From Aplysia californica (taxonomy: Eukaryota): a stretch of 62,169 nt of DNA. Under the pieces are notes generated by a model that was not told the DNA's origin, ran no database searches, and was given only the letters and a program-made list of their open reading frames with translations. Where the stretch lies: assembly GCF_000002075.1 (NCBI RefSeq), contig NW_004797370.1:603177-665345 (forward strand), in the 5' to 3' direction. Position numbers and translations under genes: made by a program. Below are positions 28,601 to 39,216 of this stretch, in pieces. Within the stretch, counting starts at the first letter, position 1. Each line of letters opens with the position of its first letter.

Positions 28601-31600
28601 AAATTTTGTTACAATGATTTGCAATGGTTTTAGTGTTCTGCACCTAAAAATATGACAGCCTGACCCTCAAAAGCAAGCAACGTAATGTAGAGAGATCTAA
28701 GAGCCAGAGTGAAAGTAAAAATCTCAAGGTCTAGATCTAGATCTAGATCTAAGTTCCGTATTAAATTTATTTTAACATATTTTCTAGGTTGGGGAGGACA
28801 AAGTAAAACTGTCATCATTCATGATTATTGTAACAGAACCCCTAGACGCTTAACGGTAACGCAACAGAGAGTGAACACGTATAATTTAAAAATAAAGAAG
28901 TAGTCTGCAATGCCGTAGTTATAGCCTAAGAATTTTGACAGAACGAGATTATAGGATCAGATCTAGGCCCAAGCCATACATAATACATTTATGGTTCATA
29001 TTTTTATGAATATAAACACCTTTGGTCAACTTGTTCTGAAAAGTAGTTGCATTGAGGTTAAAAAAACTAAGATTAAAAAAAATAATAAAGTTGAAAATGT
29101 GCGAAACCGGAAGCAACATTACTACTTCCTGTTCCCATGGATAGAGATCTAGATCATTTGGCTGTTCCGTCAGTGTGTATTGACTCCCGTGAAATGACCA
29201 GTAGCTTAAGTACTAATACAATTTTTTTCTCGGAAAAAGCTGAAGCATGATCTATCTTAAACAACTAAAACATTAAATTACTTATCAATGAGATTGAAAA
29301 AATCACACGGTTGGTTGGCAGATTAGTTGTTGTTATGCGTATTCCCATCGTAATCCGCCCGCTTGCCGGTCGGTGTATCGAGTGCCTCGACAGCTGCCTC
29401 TTCAGCCATTGTAACAGAAAGCGAGTTTCCCCGACACAGGCATCCACAGTTTGAAGTCAAATAGCGGTACCATGATAACAAATTGTTAAACAGTACTTGC
29501 TTGAATAAAACAAATATATTGTGAACTAGCTTTACGTGTAAAGCATATCTAAAAAAATGTTCAGAATACTGAGATTTTATCAAAACTTCTCACAACATTG
29601 TCTTTCAACTTCAAATTTTACCTATTTTGTCAAAAAAATCCTGGCCTGCCTAGTATGGGGGTAAAGGTCAGCTTTTGACCTTTCTAACAGTGCAGCAGTT
29701 ATTTCTGTACGCACTATCGCGACCGAGCAGTTTGTGAAAGAAAAAGAGTGGCTGTGGCTAGGTTTCGATGCGAGCGCCGGTCGGACGCAAAATGCGTCAT
29801 TTTCCCAAATTTTAGAGCTTTATTAAACATACTTCCACACATCCATTCTATCTATGAACAACACATATATTAGAACAAAACAAGCTCTTCTAACTGGTTT
29901 TTATTTCATTAAAATCAAGCAATCATGAGTGAAAAGCTACGTTTGTGAAGTGGATCACTACGACAGTTTTCCTCCTCGGGAAGAACGCTACTTGCCGCGA
30001 TCGGCACACCGTTTGTGGTACCTATTGTAAAGATGACAATACATGTTCTACGCCCCTATTAAAACAAATAAGATTATTTAGTGGGTGATCAACTGCAACC
30101 CTGCATGTCAGGGTCAACCCGAGTAGAAGGAGACACGACATTCTTGAAAACAGGTGATAACATTTGAGTGAATATACTAACTTTCCCACACAGGAATCGA
30201 ACTCACATATGTACAATTAACATCTTAACATCTCGCAACAAGGTCTGTTAGCATCCATTAACAACTTTTAACACCTATTTGCTTCTAAAATCATCTTGAC
30301 ATCCATTAAAACATAAGGATACATTCATGTTAACATAAGGATGCAGTTGTCTTAACATTAGCGGATTTATCAAGCATACTGCTCTACAAAACATCTTGTT
30401 GAATTACTCACTTTTCAAAGAGCTCAGCCTCAGGAATATCGCCACAGTCAATCTGCCCTTTCACATAGGAATCACAGCGCTTGATCAAACTGTTAAAAGC
30501 ATTCATGGTAGACATGGCTTTTTTCATACGTTCTTCGCCGAATTCAATTTCTGAAATAGAAAATAGTAGGCCTATCTACAGAAGATCTTACCCTAAACCA
30601 CAAAAAACTTGACATTCAAACCCCTATTCATAGAAATTTTAATAAAAACCCTTCAGTCAATGCAATTAAATGTAAAAACACTTCATATTAAGAAACAAAA
30701 CAAAAAACCCTTTAATTTACATCTGTTGGGGGGGAGGGGGGGGGGGGGGGGGTTCAGAAGAATGATCAAGATGTCAAGCTATTTAAGTTGCCAAAGAGCT
30801 ACAGGTACTTTCGACTTTATTGCGGGTTCAGCAGCCCGCTGATTAAGCTACTGCACTTTCATCCATAGGGTCATAGGCAAATAAAGGTCAAGACAGTCCA
30901 TATCAGTATTATCAGGGTCATTGGATAAATTCTTCGTATGACTCTGTCCACAAAATTTTTCACCACATCACCCATGTGGGAATAATATGTGCTGGTCTGA
31001 GACAGTGAAAGACCGTATCAATATGACGCAGCATGAGCGCCTATAAAATTGCAGCTTGTCCTGAGTGCTATTCAGTGGGTTGGGAGTGTACCTGTAGGTG
31101 TTAAAAGGTCTGTCAATTTAATAAATGATGAAGGGCATAAACTCTGTTTTAAGAACGAATAAGCAGTATGTAACAGCAATATTTCACTATTATCAACATT
31201 ACAACTGTAAAAGGGACGGATGTCCAATCAATTTTTTTTAACACACAGCATCGGAAGTTTACAAAACAATGTCACATAGAAAATTCAATTGAAAATGACT
31301 TATTAGGCATAAAGTCTAGCATGCACATAGCAAACATGCACATAGCTTAACACGCAGATAGCGAACAGGTTTTCAGGTCCCAAATTTTTTCTTATACATG
31401 TATTTGTTTGTAGTTAAAGCACATACATTGTGAAATTAGTACATAATAAAAAGATCTACGTGTCCTGCCGATTTTGCTATGTGCATGCTAGACTGGTTTT
31501 TATTTTTTTATTTTTTTTAATAGGAAGAAGAAGCTTACTTTTCCTGTAGTTGCTGAGTAAGCAAAGCATGCGGAACTGGTTGGGCGTATACTCTTCCAGC

Positions 31601-32579
31601 AGCTCCGACAACGTGATCACATTTTTCAATGATTTTGACATTTTCTCATTTTGACCAGATACGAAGAGATGACCTGTATAAAATTAATTGACAAAAAATA
31701 TTCACATCGTAAATCATCAAAGAATATATGGAGGCAACTTTCAAAAGGTTACAACAAAGGGCCTTTTGGGGCTTAAACAGAAGACTGAAAAAGAAACAAT
31801 TTATAATAAGCGAGCATCAGTCATAGCAAAGAGACTCCAACCATACATTTTCTTAAGGTAAAGGTTTGATGGACGGACAAAACTCTGTAAAACTAACCCT
31901 CCCCCCCCCCCGCCAATTTTTGGCTTTCCGTTGACTCTCATAGTGGTGGATTGTAACCGATCAAATCGACCAACAAGACCCGGAATATTAAAAACTCACA
32001 AACAGAAGCCAAATTTTCAGCCACACAAACCTGTGTGCAGCCAGTAGTTCACCCACTGTTGGTTGCCGTGGAAGGCACAGGACTGAGCCAGCTCGTTCTC
32101 GTGGTGGGGGAAGATGAGGTCCTCTCCTCCAGAGTGCAGGTCGAAGTTACAGCCGAATATCCCGCTGCCTCCGGGAGAAAGACAAGACATGCAGGTCAGT
32201 GTGTGCACTTTACAAGACAGTAACAACCATGTGCTCTTATACATTATTGTAGTGGGGATGATCTTTGCTTTACTTTCTAGAAGAAACCACACATTCTTAA
32301 GACTTCAAAATATAAATGATAGTATTATTCAATACTAAGAAGACGAAAAAGCCAAATTTTCATGATTTTTTAAAATGGGAATTTATAAAATTGTGGTTTT
32401 CAATTGATCTGTATCTTTTTAATTATTCAAGAGTTGAGTCATTACTATCTGGTTCCACTTTTAAATAACCTGAGTGCCCGTAGTTCAACAAAACTGCACG
32501 AACCCGTGGTTCACCAAAACTGCGGGGCTCCGTAGTTCAACAAAACTGCACGAACTAAAACAAACTAGAATCCACAAAG

Positions 32580-32612
<33 letters not shown>

Positions 32613-35600
32613 GGGCAGTGGCTAGCTATGAGTGTTTTGTGAACTCGGGCTCATAATAATATCAAGCGTACCTCAGTGACACAGTGTTGAGGTGGGTACT
32701 GCACACTGGGCTTTTTCCCCTGCTCTTTTTTTCTCTCCTGTTTCATCCACTTAGTTTTTCGCAAACGTTTTAAATCTGAAATTTGAGTCTCCCAGTGACA
32801 TAATGTATTATAAAGTCCAAAGCAGACAGACCCTTTTTACATTTAGTGAACGACTTTAATTCGTGAACTTGTTTAAAAAATGCAAATTCAAGCAGCATCC
32901 GAGAAACAAAACCCTGTGTAAAATAGTCACTGGGGTGTGTCCTTGCACAAAAAGCAACATCCCTAGTTCAATATATATATTAGATGGTGACTGTTTATAT
33001 ATATATATATATATTTTTCATTTATAATTTATGAACTTAAATATTACCTATATTTTATATTTTCATATATATATTATACAGTTTAAATTGTGCAAGGTAC
33101 CTGCCCATTGTCGCGGAGAAAAGTGGTTGTCTTAGACAGATGGACATCTTGGACAATACGTGTCATTACAATACACATTGAAAAAAATGCAATTGGAAGT
33201 GGTCGTTTGTACAGGTAATTGTATAGGACAGGTGGATAATTCCGATTGTAATCGATCAAACTCCAAACATACCTTGCCATGGCCGAGCACTCTATATGCC
33301 AACCAGGCCTGCCTCTGCCCCAGGGCGACTCCCAGTGGGGTTCTCCGGGCTTACAAGCCTTCCACAGAGCAAAGTCTTGACTGCTTCTCTTGTGAGAGCT
33401 CTCGTCTAAAAAGAATCATATAGAGGGACATTATATTCAACTTTTTATTTGACTCTTACTTCCAGTTGTTATTGTTGTTAATCTAGTAGCTGTTGAGTGT
33501 GTTCTCTTCGGCTCATTTATTTTGAGTACACTACTATATTTGAAGCCTAAGAAGAGACACAAACATAATTATAAATACACCGAATGAAACATTAAGTGTA
33601 TATTTATTTGTTGCTTTTGTGGTTTCAAATACAACTATTTTATCATCTTTTTATTTTGAGGCCAAAGTAATTTAACAAGTAAAACACCTGAACTTAATCT
33701 CAACACCTGTTCTTTGACTGGTATCCCTGCCCTGGTTATCTGCCTCCTTTGAGGATGTGTCCTCTCTATATATAATTCCGGTGAGGTCGATCTTTGTGTC
33801 ACTTTTTCAGAAGAAACATACAATCTTCAGATCTCAAAATAAAAATAAAAGTAGCTTTCAATAATCCTAGGAGCATGACAGAGCTGCAACATGATTTTAA
33901 GCTTAGCAATTCATCAAATCAAAAATTTTGATTGCAATGTTATTGTTATAAGATACTCTACAATTGAGCCATTGCTTTACAATTTCACTTTTCAGAACTG
34001 TGAGCGTTCGCTGTTCGGTATAGATTAAAAACTGCAAGGATAAAAGCACACAGGAACCCTCAAAGCAGTAGTAGGTTTGTTGGTTTTTTTGGAGGTGAGG
34101 CAAAGGGGGAGAGAAGGGGAGGGTGGGGAGGCCCAGTGGTTATGAGTGGTTAATGAACTTAGGCTCACAGTAACATCAAGAAAGGAGCTGTACCACTGCA
34201 TTCTGGTGGGTGGTCATTGGGGTGTGTCCTTGAGCAAGGCACAATAACCATAGGTCAATAACAGGTGCTTCACAGTAGCGACTAGAGATGGAGTGTGGAT
34301 TGTCTATGCTTGTGATATTGAGTATCATTCGTGCATTTATGCATTAAAGTATTTGTGTGTTTGTATTTGCAATTGTAAAACATATTTGTGAGGCAGCGTG
34401 GTGAAATCAGGCAATAGTCAAAATAATCAAAGTGAAAAAACTGCCATTTTTTTTCGTAGGCTTGTGAATTTTTATCGAATTCTTGTTTTTTGGTTGGATC
34501 AACACCGTTTATGCCCATTACAGAACATGTTTCTGTCTGGATTTTACATAAAAATGTTGATAAATGGCACAAAAAAAGTAAATTTTCAGTTTCCACAGAC
34601 TCTCAAGCTAAGGAAATACCTCATCTTTGGCCGTTATTCTCTCACTAATTTTATCTCAGAAAACTTATCTCTGAAAACAGGTGACCCCCCCCCCCTTCAT
34701 TCACAAATATCTCGACTTGTATTCCTGATAGATGAGCATTTTTTTCATCCAAGGCAAAACAAATGAACACGCTTTAGGATACTTCCAATAACTCCACATG
34801 TCCTAAAATCGACGAGAGCCTAATTCCACCGCGTCGAGACACATTTCTCAAGGGGATCAATATGGCGGAATTTTTAAAAATCTTAATGTTTATTCAGTAG
34901 ATTCCAAAAATGTTGTGACAACACAGCAAGACTGTCCTCAATTATTCGCAATTGTAATGGTGGTTGACAGCAATACATAATAGTCTAAACCCTAAGCCCT
35001 AGGTTGTTGTGCTTAAAGGCACGTGGGCAGCTAAATATCGACTTTAGAAAAAGTGAAGAATGTGGAATCCTGGGAAAGCGTGAGTGCATTATATTCAGCA
35101 TCGACTAGATCAGATCATACCAAAGGTCAATAGTTAAATGAGAAGTGGTTAAGAATGTATACCAAGTCAAAGTCTAAAGTAATTCAAAGTCCAGGTAAAA
35201 TACAGAAGGTGTCTATGAAAACTGCTAAACATAATATGTGTTCACTTGTGCCTCACAGAAAAATCTTGTCAAAACATGAGACATACATTAATGCGAACGC
35301 TCTAAGAATTAAATAGTTATCAGAAAGGTGAGCAAATTAAAACCATAAATTTTGTTAATCAAATTGACAAGCTTTTTTTTAAACAGTCAAAACAAAACAA
35401 AATTTCAGAAAACAGTCACACTATAAATAGTGTCATCACTTGTCTAACCTTTGTCCTTGTCTGGATGACTGACAAACACTCCGTACCTCCCGTACTCCTT
35501 CACATCAAAGTAGACACTGCCTATACGGAGAGAAACACAGCAAGTGTTCAAAGAAATCTAGGAATTTCTACACATTAAGAAGAAAAATCCATGACTTTTA

Positions 35601-38571
35601 TTGCAGTGTACAGCTTACCCTTTACTTTAAGAAAAAATGCCTTTGTCGGGGGCAAAAGGAATTTAATACCAAGTGCACACTTCCAACTGAATTCATTTAA
35701 TTGAGTAGGGCCGATTTTTTCTCAATCCATGGAGGGTCAAAAGCTAACTTTTTGGCCAAATTACAACCTTCAAAATCAACTGTTTATTTCTCAAGGTCCC
35801 AAGATGAGTCAGTCATGCCAAAATGGTAGCTTTCCCCCTCCATGAAGGAAATCTGTCGGGTCACGACTCAATTCGACTGAATTCAATTGGTGGTGTGCAA
35901 TGGGTATTAGACTGATTGAAAGGGCTTCTTCGGAGTGAATGGATGAGCCCAATACAACACTCATCACTTAGAGCATCAATGAGGAGGCAGTGTCGAGGTT
36001 GATGGTGAGGTGAAATTTGACAAAGGAAAGAAGTGTTGAAGACCCAGGAGAAAAAGTTGCGGGATGAAGAAGACAGGGAGACAGCAGAACACCACGCAAT
36101 CATTAGGATGCGGGAAATGGGTATAGAGAGGGGACAAGGAAGAAAGGAACGTTTATCTGGAAAAGAAAGACGTCGCCATAATCAGACAGCCATCAGAACA
36201 ATCAGTATGGATACCTAGCAGGCTTTGGTGTTGGGAGGAACTGAGCACTTATGGACCTATCCGGTGTGCAACGACGCTGTTGCCCAGGACAGGTAATACA
36301 GGTAATCAGTGTTTTTGACAGCAAGTGACAAAACAGGAGAAAAAATTTGGCAAGCTGCAGCAGCCACTGTCAAGAATACAAAACTGACAAATCTGGAAAA
36401 TTAATGCTCCTTTATGATATTGTGGAACGGAAGTAACATTAATGTTGCAGTCTCCTTGAAACTGTACACAAAAGCATAAAGATAATTTGCAATTTTCCTA
36501 ACCCCATTTCCACAGCATTCTCTTTACCTTTCAAGCATTCAAAGATCCATCATTTCAATATTGCAGTTTAAGTTTGAAAAAACGAAAGCTTAATTGTTAG
36601 TCTAATCAAAAACTATCCATGCGTCAAGTGTGATTAAGACTACTTCATAATGTTTGTTCTTTTGTCTTAACACAACAAAAAATTTCACTGCCTTCAGGAG
36701 TATTATTGGTGGATGGATGGCGACACTTTCAAGTCGTACTTTTGTTTTTTTCCTTCATTGTTTCCGCTCGTCTTATTTTTTCCTGCAGTACATAACCATT
36801 ATTGCGTTGATCTGCTTCTCTTTACTCTAACTCAGAAAGATCATCATACCATCCTGTGCTTTGTAAGCAAGTCCCCGCTGTTGGATGCCGTTGATGAAGT
36901 CTATGATGACAGGAATGTGGTCAGTGACTCGAGTGACCACGCTAGGAGGGGACACATTCAGGTTGGCCATGTCAGAGAAAAACTCTGCCTCGTAGAACCT
37001 GGACATCTGATTTATGTCTTGCCCAGTCTGAGAAATAAGAAAATAAAAAATAAATTGGTGAACATTGAGTTAGTATTACTCTACTTAATAAACATGAGAA
37101 TCGTGTATTTTAATCTGAGTCAACCTCCCTGTAAACAATTTAAATAAAACTATTTAGTACTATATGACTTAAAAAATTATTACAATGAAACTAATTTTGT
37201 CAAAAACAAAGATGGGAAATTTTCCCAAGAGAAAAACGCCCACTATAGTAGAATCCAGATGTTCCAGGCATTTACGAGACATGTTTAGTTATAGTAAGAT
37301 AACAGGTAGCCCTGAGCTAAGCTTTTCTACACATGGATAGACATAAAACAGAACAAAGTGTTTACCATAACAAGCCTCCCAAGTTAACCCTGAGTGTTAG
37401 TGTATGCAAACATTTTTAAGCTTTAATTTAAGAAGTTCTCTGGCAAAAAACATAAAAGCGAAAAAAGTAACAGCTACCTCAATAGACCGATTAATAATCT
37501 TGTCGTCCACATCAGTGATCCCCAAGACCAGCGTGGTATCAATGTCAAAGACACTGCCCATTATTCGCCTGATGATATCTTGACGGATGTAAGAACTTGC
37601 ATGTCCAATGTGTGCACTGTCATACACAGTGGGCCCACAAGCATACCTGTACAGTTAAAGCAAAAAAAGCTACGAACGTAATCCAGTTATACAAAATAAA
37701 ACTTTAAGTGTGCAAACCATCAAACAACATAATTTAAGCTGATGACTTTTGAGCCTTGCTACACATAACAGGCAAATCTCCTTGACCTTATATAGAAAAA
37801 TGTATGCAGTGCAATCAACTTAGTATTTAGCATGAAAAGTTAATAAAAATGACAGTCTAATATCAACCTCAATCTTGACTATATCAGAACATTTATTGTT
37901 CAAAATCCAATTAAGACCACAGTATTAGGACTAATATTTTTTCAGTCTGAGTATCAGTGTCTATGATGCAACGTAAATACTCTACACCACCACATGCAGA
38001 AGATGAGAGTTCCATTTCCTCATTGGGGAAAATGTTTAACAGAATATCTCTGTCTGCTGGGATAATATACTCCACTCTCACCTAGTTTGGCCCAGACAGG
38101 CAAGGTCAAAGCAACCTGTCTCTTCCAGTATGATAGAAATAGTGTTGAAGCAGTCATAAAACAATCAATCAATAAATTACTAAAAATTAAAAAAACCTGA
38201 GCTTGCCTAAAGTAAACATTTTTTTAAAGCATAACAGCAGATTACCATTGAGCCAGTTTCTCTTGTCCCAAAATGAGAGGCACTTTATCTTTCACAACAG
38301 GATGATAGACTTTTATCCCAGTGTCGTAGCCAGTCGGCTGGTTCCATTTCGTCGATAAAGAGTAAATGCCTCTGACACTGCTACGACCAGTCAGCCAGAA
38401 TGATAGTGAGGGGTAGAAGACAGAAGGTTCTGTGCTGAGGGGTGATATGATCTCTACTTTAGATGAAATCCATCTGGACCAGCCACTGTGATGCCGCGTT
38501 GGAGTTGTCCATTGAGAAACCCTAGAGGTCAATCTCATTTTTCCACAGAAATGGCAGATTTTAAAGGACAT
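13525..38571 (-). CDS. CARS2: Cysteine--tRNA ligase, mitochondrial type; whole gene span, 13 coding exons, 636 aa
   Basis: Hand-spliced exons 38246-38571, 37478-37646, 36850-37027, 35449-35520, 33273-33405, 32031-32164, 31539-31673, 30412-30550, 25589-25721, 21845-21940, 17468-17585, 14453-14574, 13525-13680 total 1911 nt. All introns are GT-AG with compatible phases. Motifs: [50 protein letters not shown]. Ser/Arg-rich N-terminal extension and no cytosolic-type insertion. Confidence 0.93.
13762..14100. mobile_element. PIF/Harbinger-type MITE
   Basis: TIR (G/T)GCTGAAAATATACTGC at both ends; TTA TSD. Confidence 0.75.
14453..14574 (-). CDS. CARS2: CARS2 exon 12
   Basis: [40 protein letters not shown] (CysRS C-terminal D-x-IR pattern); GTAAGT donor. 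Confidence 0.85.
14761..17380. mobile_element. Possible piggyBac-like non-autonomous composite element
   Basis: TTAA on both flanks; imperfect TIRs CCCTTTCATTGC / CCACTTGGTTGC; nested repeats inside. Confidence 0.4.
16251..16454. repeat. 204-bp fold-back element with perfect 29-bp inverted repeats
   Basis: GCACTCCTGTACAATTGCGGTCCCGTTTG at 16251-16279 and its exact reverse complement at 16426-16454; (TAGATC)n-rich spacer. Confidence 0.85.
17468..17585 (-). CDS. CARS2: CARS2 exon 11
   Basis: [39 protein letters not shown]; TTTCAG acceptor, GTGAGT donor. Confidence 0.82.
17630..17769. repeat. 30-bp minisatellite (about 4.5 units) interrupted by the Sola1 element
   Basis: Unit approximates GAAACAxTATGACACACATAGCCAxTGAAT. 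Confidence 0.75.
17770..21419 (-). mobile_element. Sola1-type DNA transposon (degenerate) in a CARS2 intron
   Basis: 33-bp TIRs CGTCGGTCGCCTGATRAAAYCGTGAATTCCACA; 4-bp TSD ACAT/ATAT; minus-strand remnants [29 protein letters not shown]...FNATSYD (about 19190-19640) resemble Sola1 transposase. Confidence 0.75.
21845..21940 (-). CDS. CARS2: CARS2 exon 10
   Basis: [32 protein letters not shown]; TAG acceptor, GTGAGT donor, phase 0 at both ends. Confidence 0.82.
23083..24239 (-). mobile_element. PIF/Harbinger transposon remnant
   Basis: RRFWVYP...[13 protein letters not shown]...RKAISPIER is a HARBI1/ALP1-like N-terminus (23853-24090); imperfect TIRs G(G/A)GC...GGTCCACA; TCA/TAA flanks. Confidence 0.65.
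25589..25721 (-). CDS. CARS2: CARS2 exon 9 (helical anticodon-binding/DALR region)
   Basis: [37 protein letters not shown]; GTGAG donor. Confidence 0.92.
25892..26788. mobile_element. hAT-like non-autonomous element
   Basis: Ends TAGAGCTGGGCAG / TATTGCTGGGCAG; degenerate 8-bp TSD CCAAATAC/CCAGACAC; subterminal CAGTAC repeats. Confidence 0.55.
27175..27652. mobile_element. MITE with palindromic TATTC(C/T)CACC ends
   Basis: TATTCCCACCCCGGTGGGAAT ... ATTCCCACCACGGGTGGAATA; related motifs at about 40300-41050. Confidence 0.5.
27859..30024. mobile_element. 2.2-kb non-autonomous DNA transposon
   Basis: TIR TAGGTACCACAA / TTGTGGTACCTA; perfect flanking duplication TTGTAAA; another TIR copy near 15339. 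Confidence 0.65.
30412..30550 (-). CDS. CARS2: CARS2 exon 8
   Basis: [46 protein letters not shown]; phases fit neighbouring exons. Confidence 0.88.
31539..31673 (-). CDS. CARS2: CARS2 exon 7 (KMSKS motif)
   Basis: [45 protein letters not shown]. Confidence 0.95.
32031..32164 (-). CDS. CARS2: CARS2 exon 6
   Basis: [45 protein letters not shown]. Confidence 0.95.
33273..33405 (-). CDS. CARS2: CARS2 exon 5
   Basis: [39 protein letters not shown]. Confidence 0.95.
34388..34842. mobile_element. About 450-bp MITE (Sola1-like AWWT target)
   Basis: TIRs GTG...GTGG(TG)AA(A)TCAGGC..GTC; ATTT TSD; homologous copies at 12504-12929 and about 38800-39216. Confidence 0.65.
35449..35520 (-). CDS. CARS2: CARS2 exon 4
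   Basis: (G)[23 protein letters not shown]; phase 1 at both ends. Confidence 0.9.
36850..37027 (-). CDS. CARS2: CARS2 exon 3
   Basis: [60 protein letters not shown]; not in the ORF track. Confidence 0.93.
37478..37646 (-). CDS. CARS2: CARS2 exon 2 (HIGH motif)
   Basis: (W)[19 protein letters not shown]...[14 protein letters not shown]; CAG acceptor and GT donor. Confidence 0.95.
38246..38571 (-). CDS. CARS2: CARS2 coding exon 1 (transit peptide, W-x-x-P-x-G-x-DTGIKVY)
   Basis: ATG at 38571; upstream acceptor ttttttcag ends at 38601, implying an upstream 5'UTR exon; donor TG|GTAAT. Confidence 0.85.
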
Positions 38572-38799
38572 TTTTTGAAGCTCTGATTGATACCAAAGCG
38601 CTGAAAAAATAAAGCAGAAATAAATTAAGACAGGGCAAAAATTGTTTAAACTACGACAGAAAAAGCAGAAAGAAGAATGATAAAACTTTGATTCTTAGTA
38701 TAAATTGTATTACAAAACCATTGTTGCTCATGCATTCATGAACGATTATACATAATAAGTTATAACTTGTTAAATTAAATAGCAAATGAGCAACTCAGT

Positions 38800-39216
38800 G
38801 ACAGGCACTATCAAAGTAATTAAATTGAAGAAGTCTGCATTTTTCCGCTCTTTGGGCAATTTTTCACTAATTTTTGCTGTTAAGCTCAACACTTTTTATG
38901 TCTAAGTAAAAACACATTTCTGAGTGGATTTTAAAGAAAAACATTGATTAAGGGCACAAAAAAGTACATTTGCTGTTTCCAAGCACTCTCCAGCTTTGAA
39001 AGTCACAAAACTTTAGTGGCCATTTTCTCGCTGATTTTATCTCTGATACAAGGCGATTCCCACCTCCTTCAGTCTCAAATATCTCTACTTCTATTCAAGA
39101 TAAATGGGTAATTTTTTTCATCAAAAGCAAGCTGAAAGAACAGGCTTCAAGAGTATTATTAATAACTTGATATGCTAAAAAATTGACAAGTGCCTGATTC
39201 CACCACATCATGACAC
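38800..39216. mobile_element. Left-truncated copy of the 450-bp MITE family
   Basis: Shares the AAACATTGAT..GGCACAAAA core and GCCTGATTCCAC...CAC|ATTT end. Confidence 0.55.
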
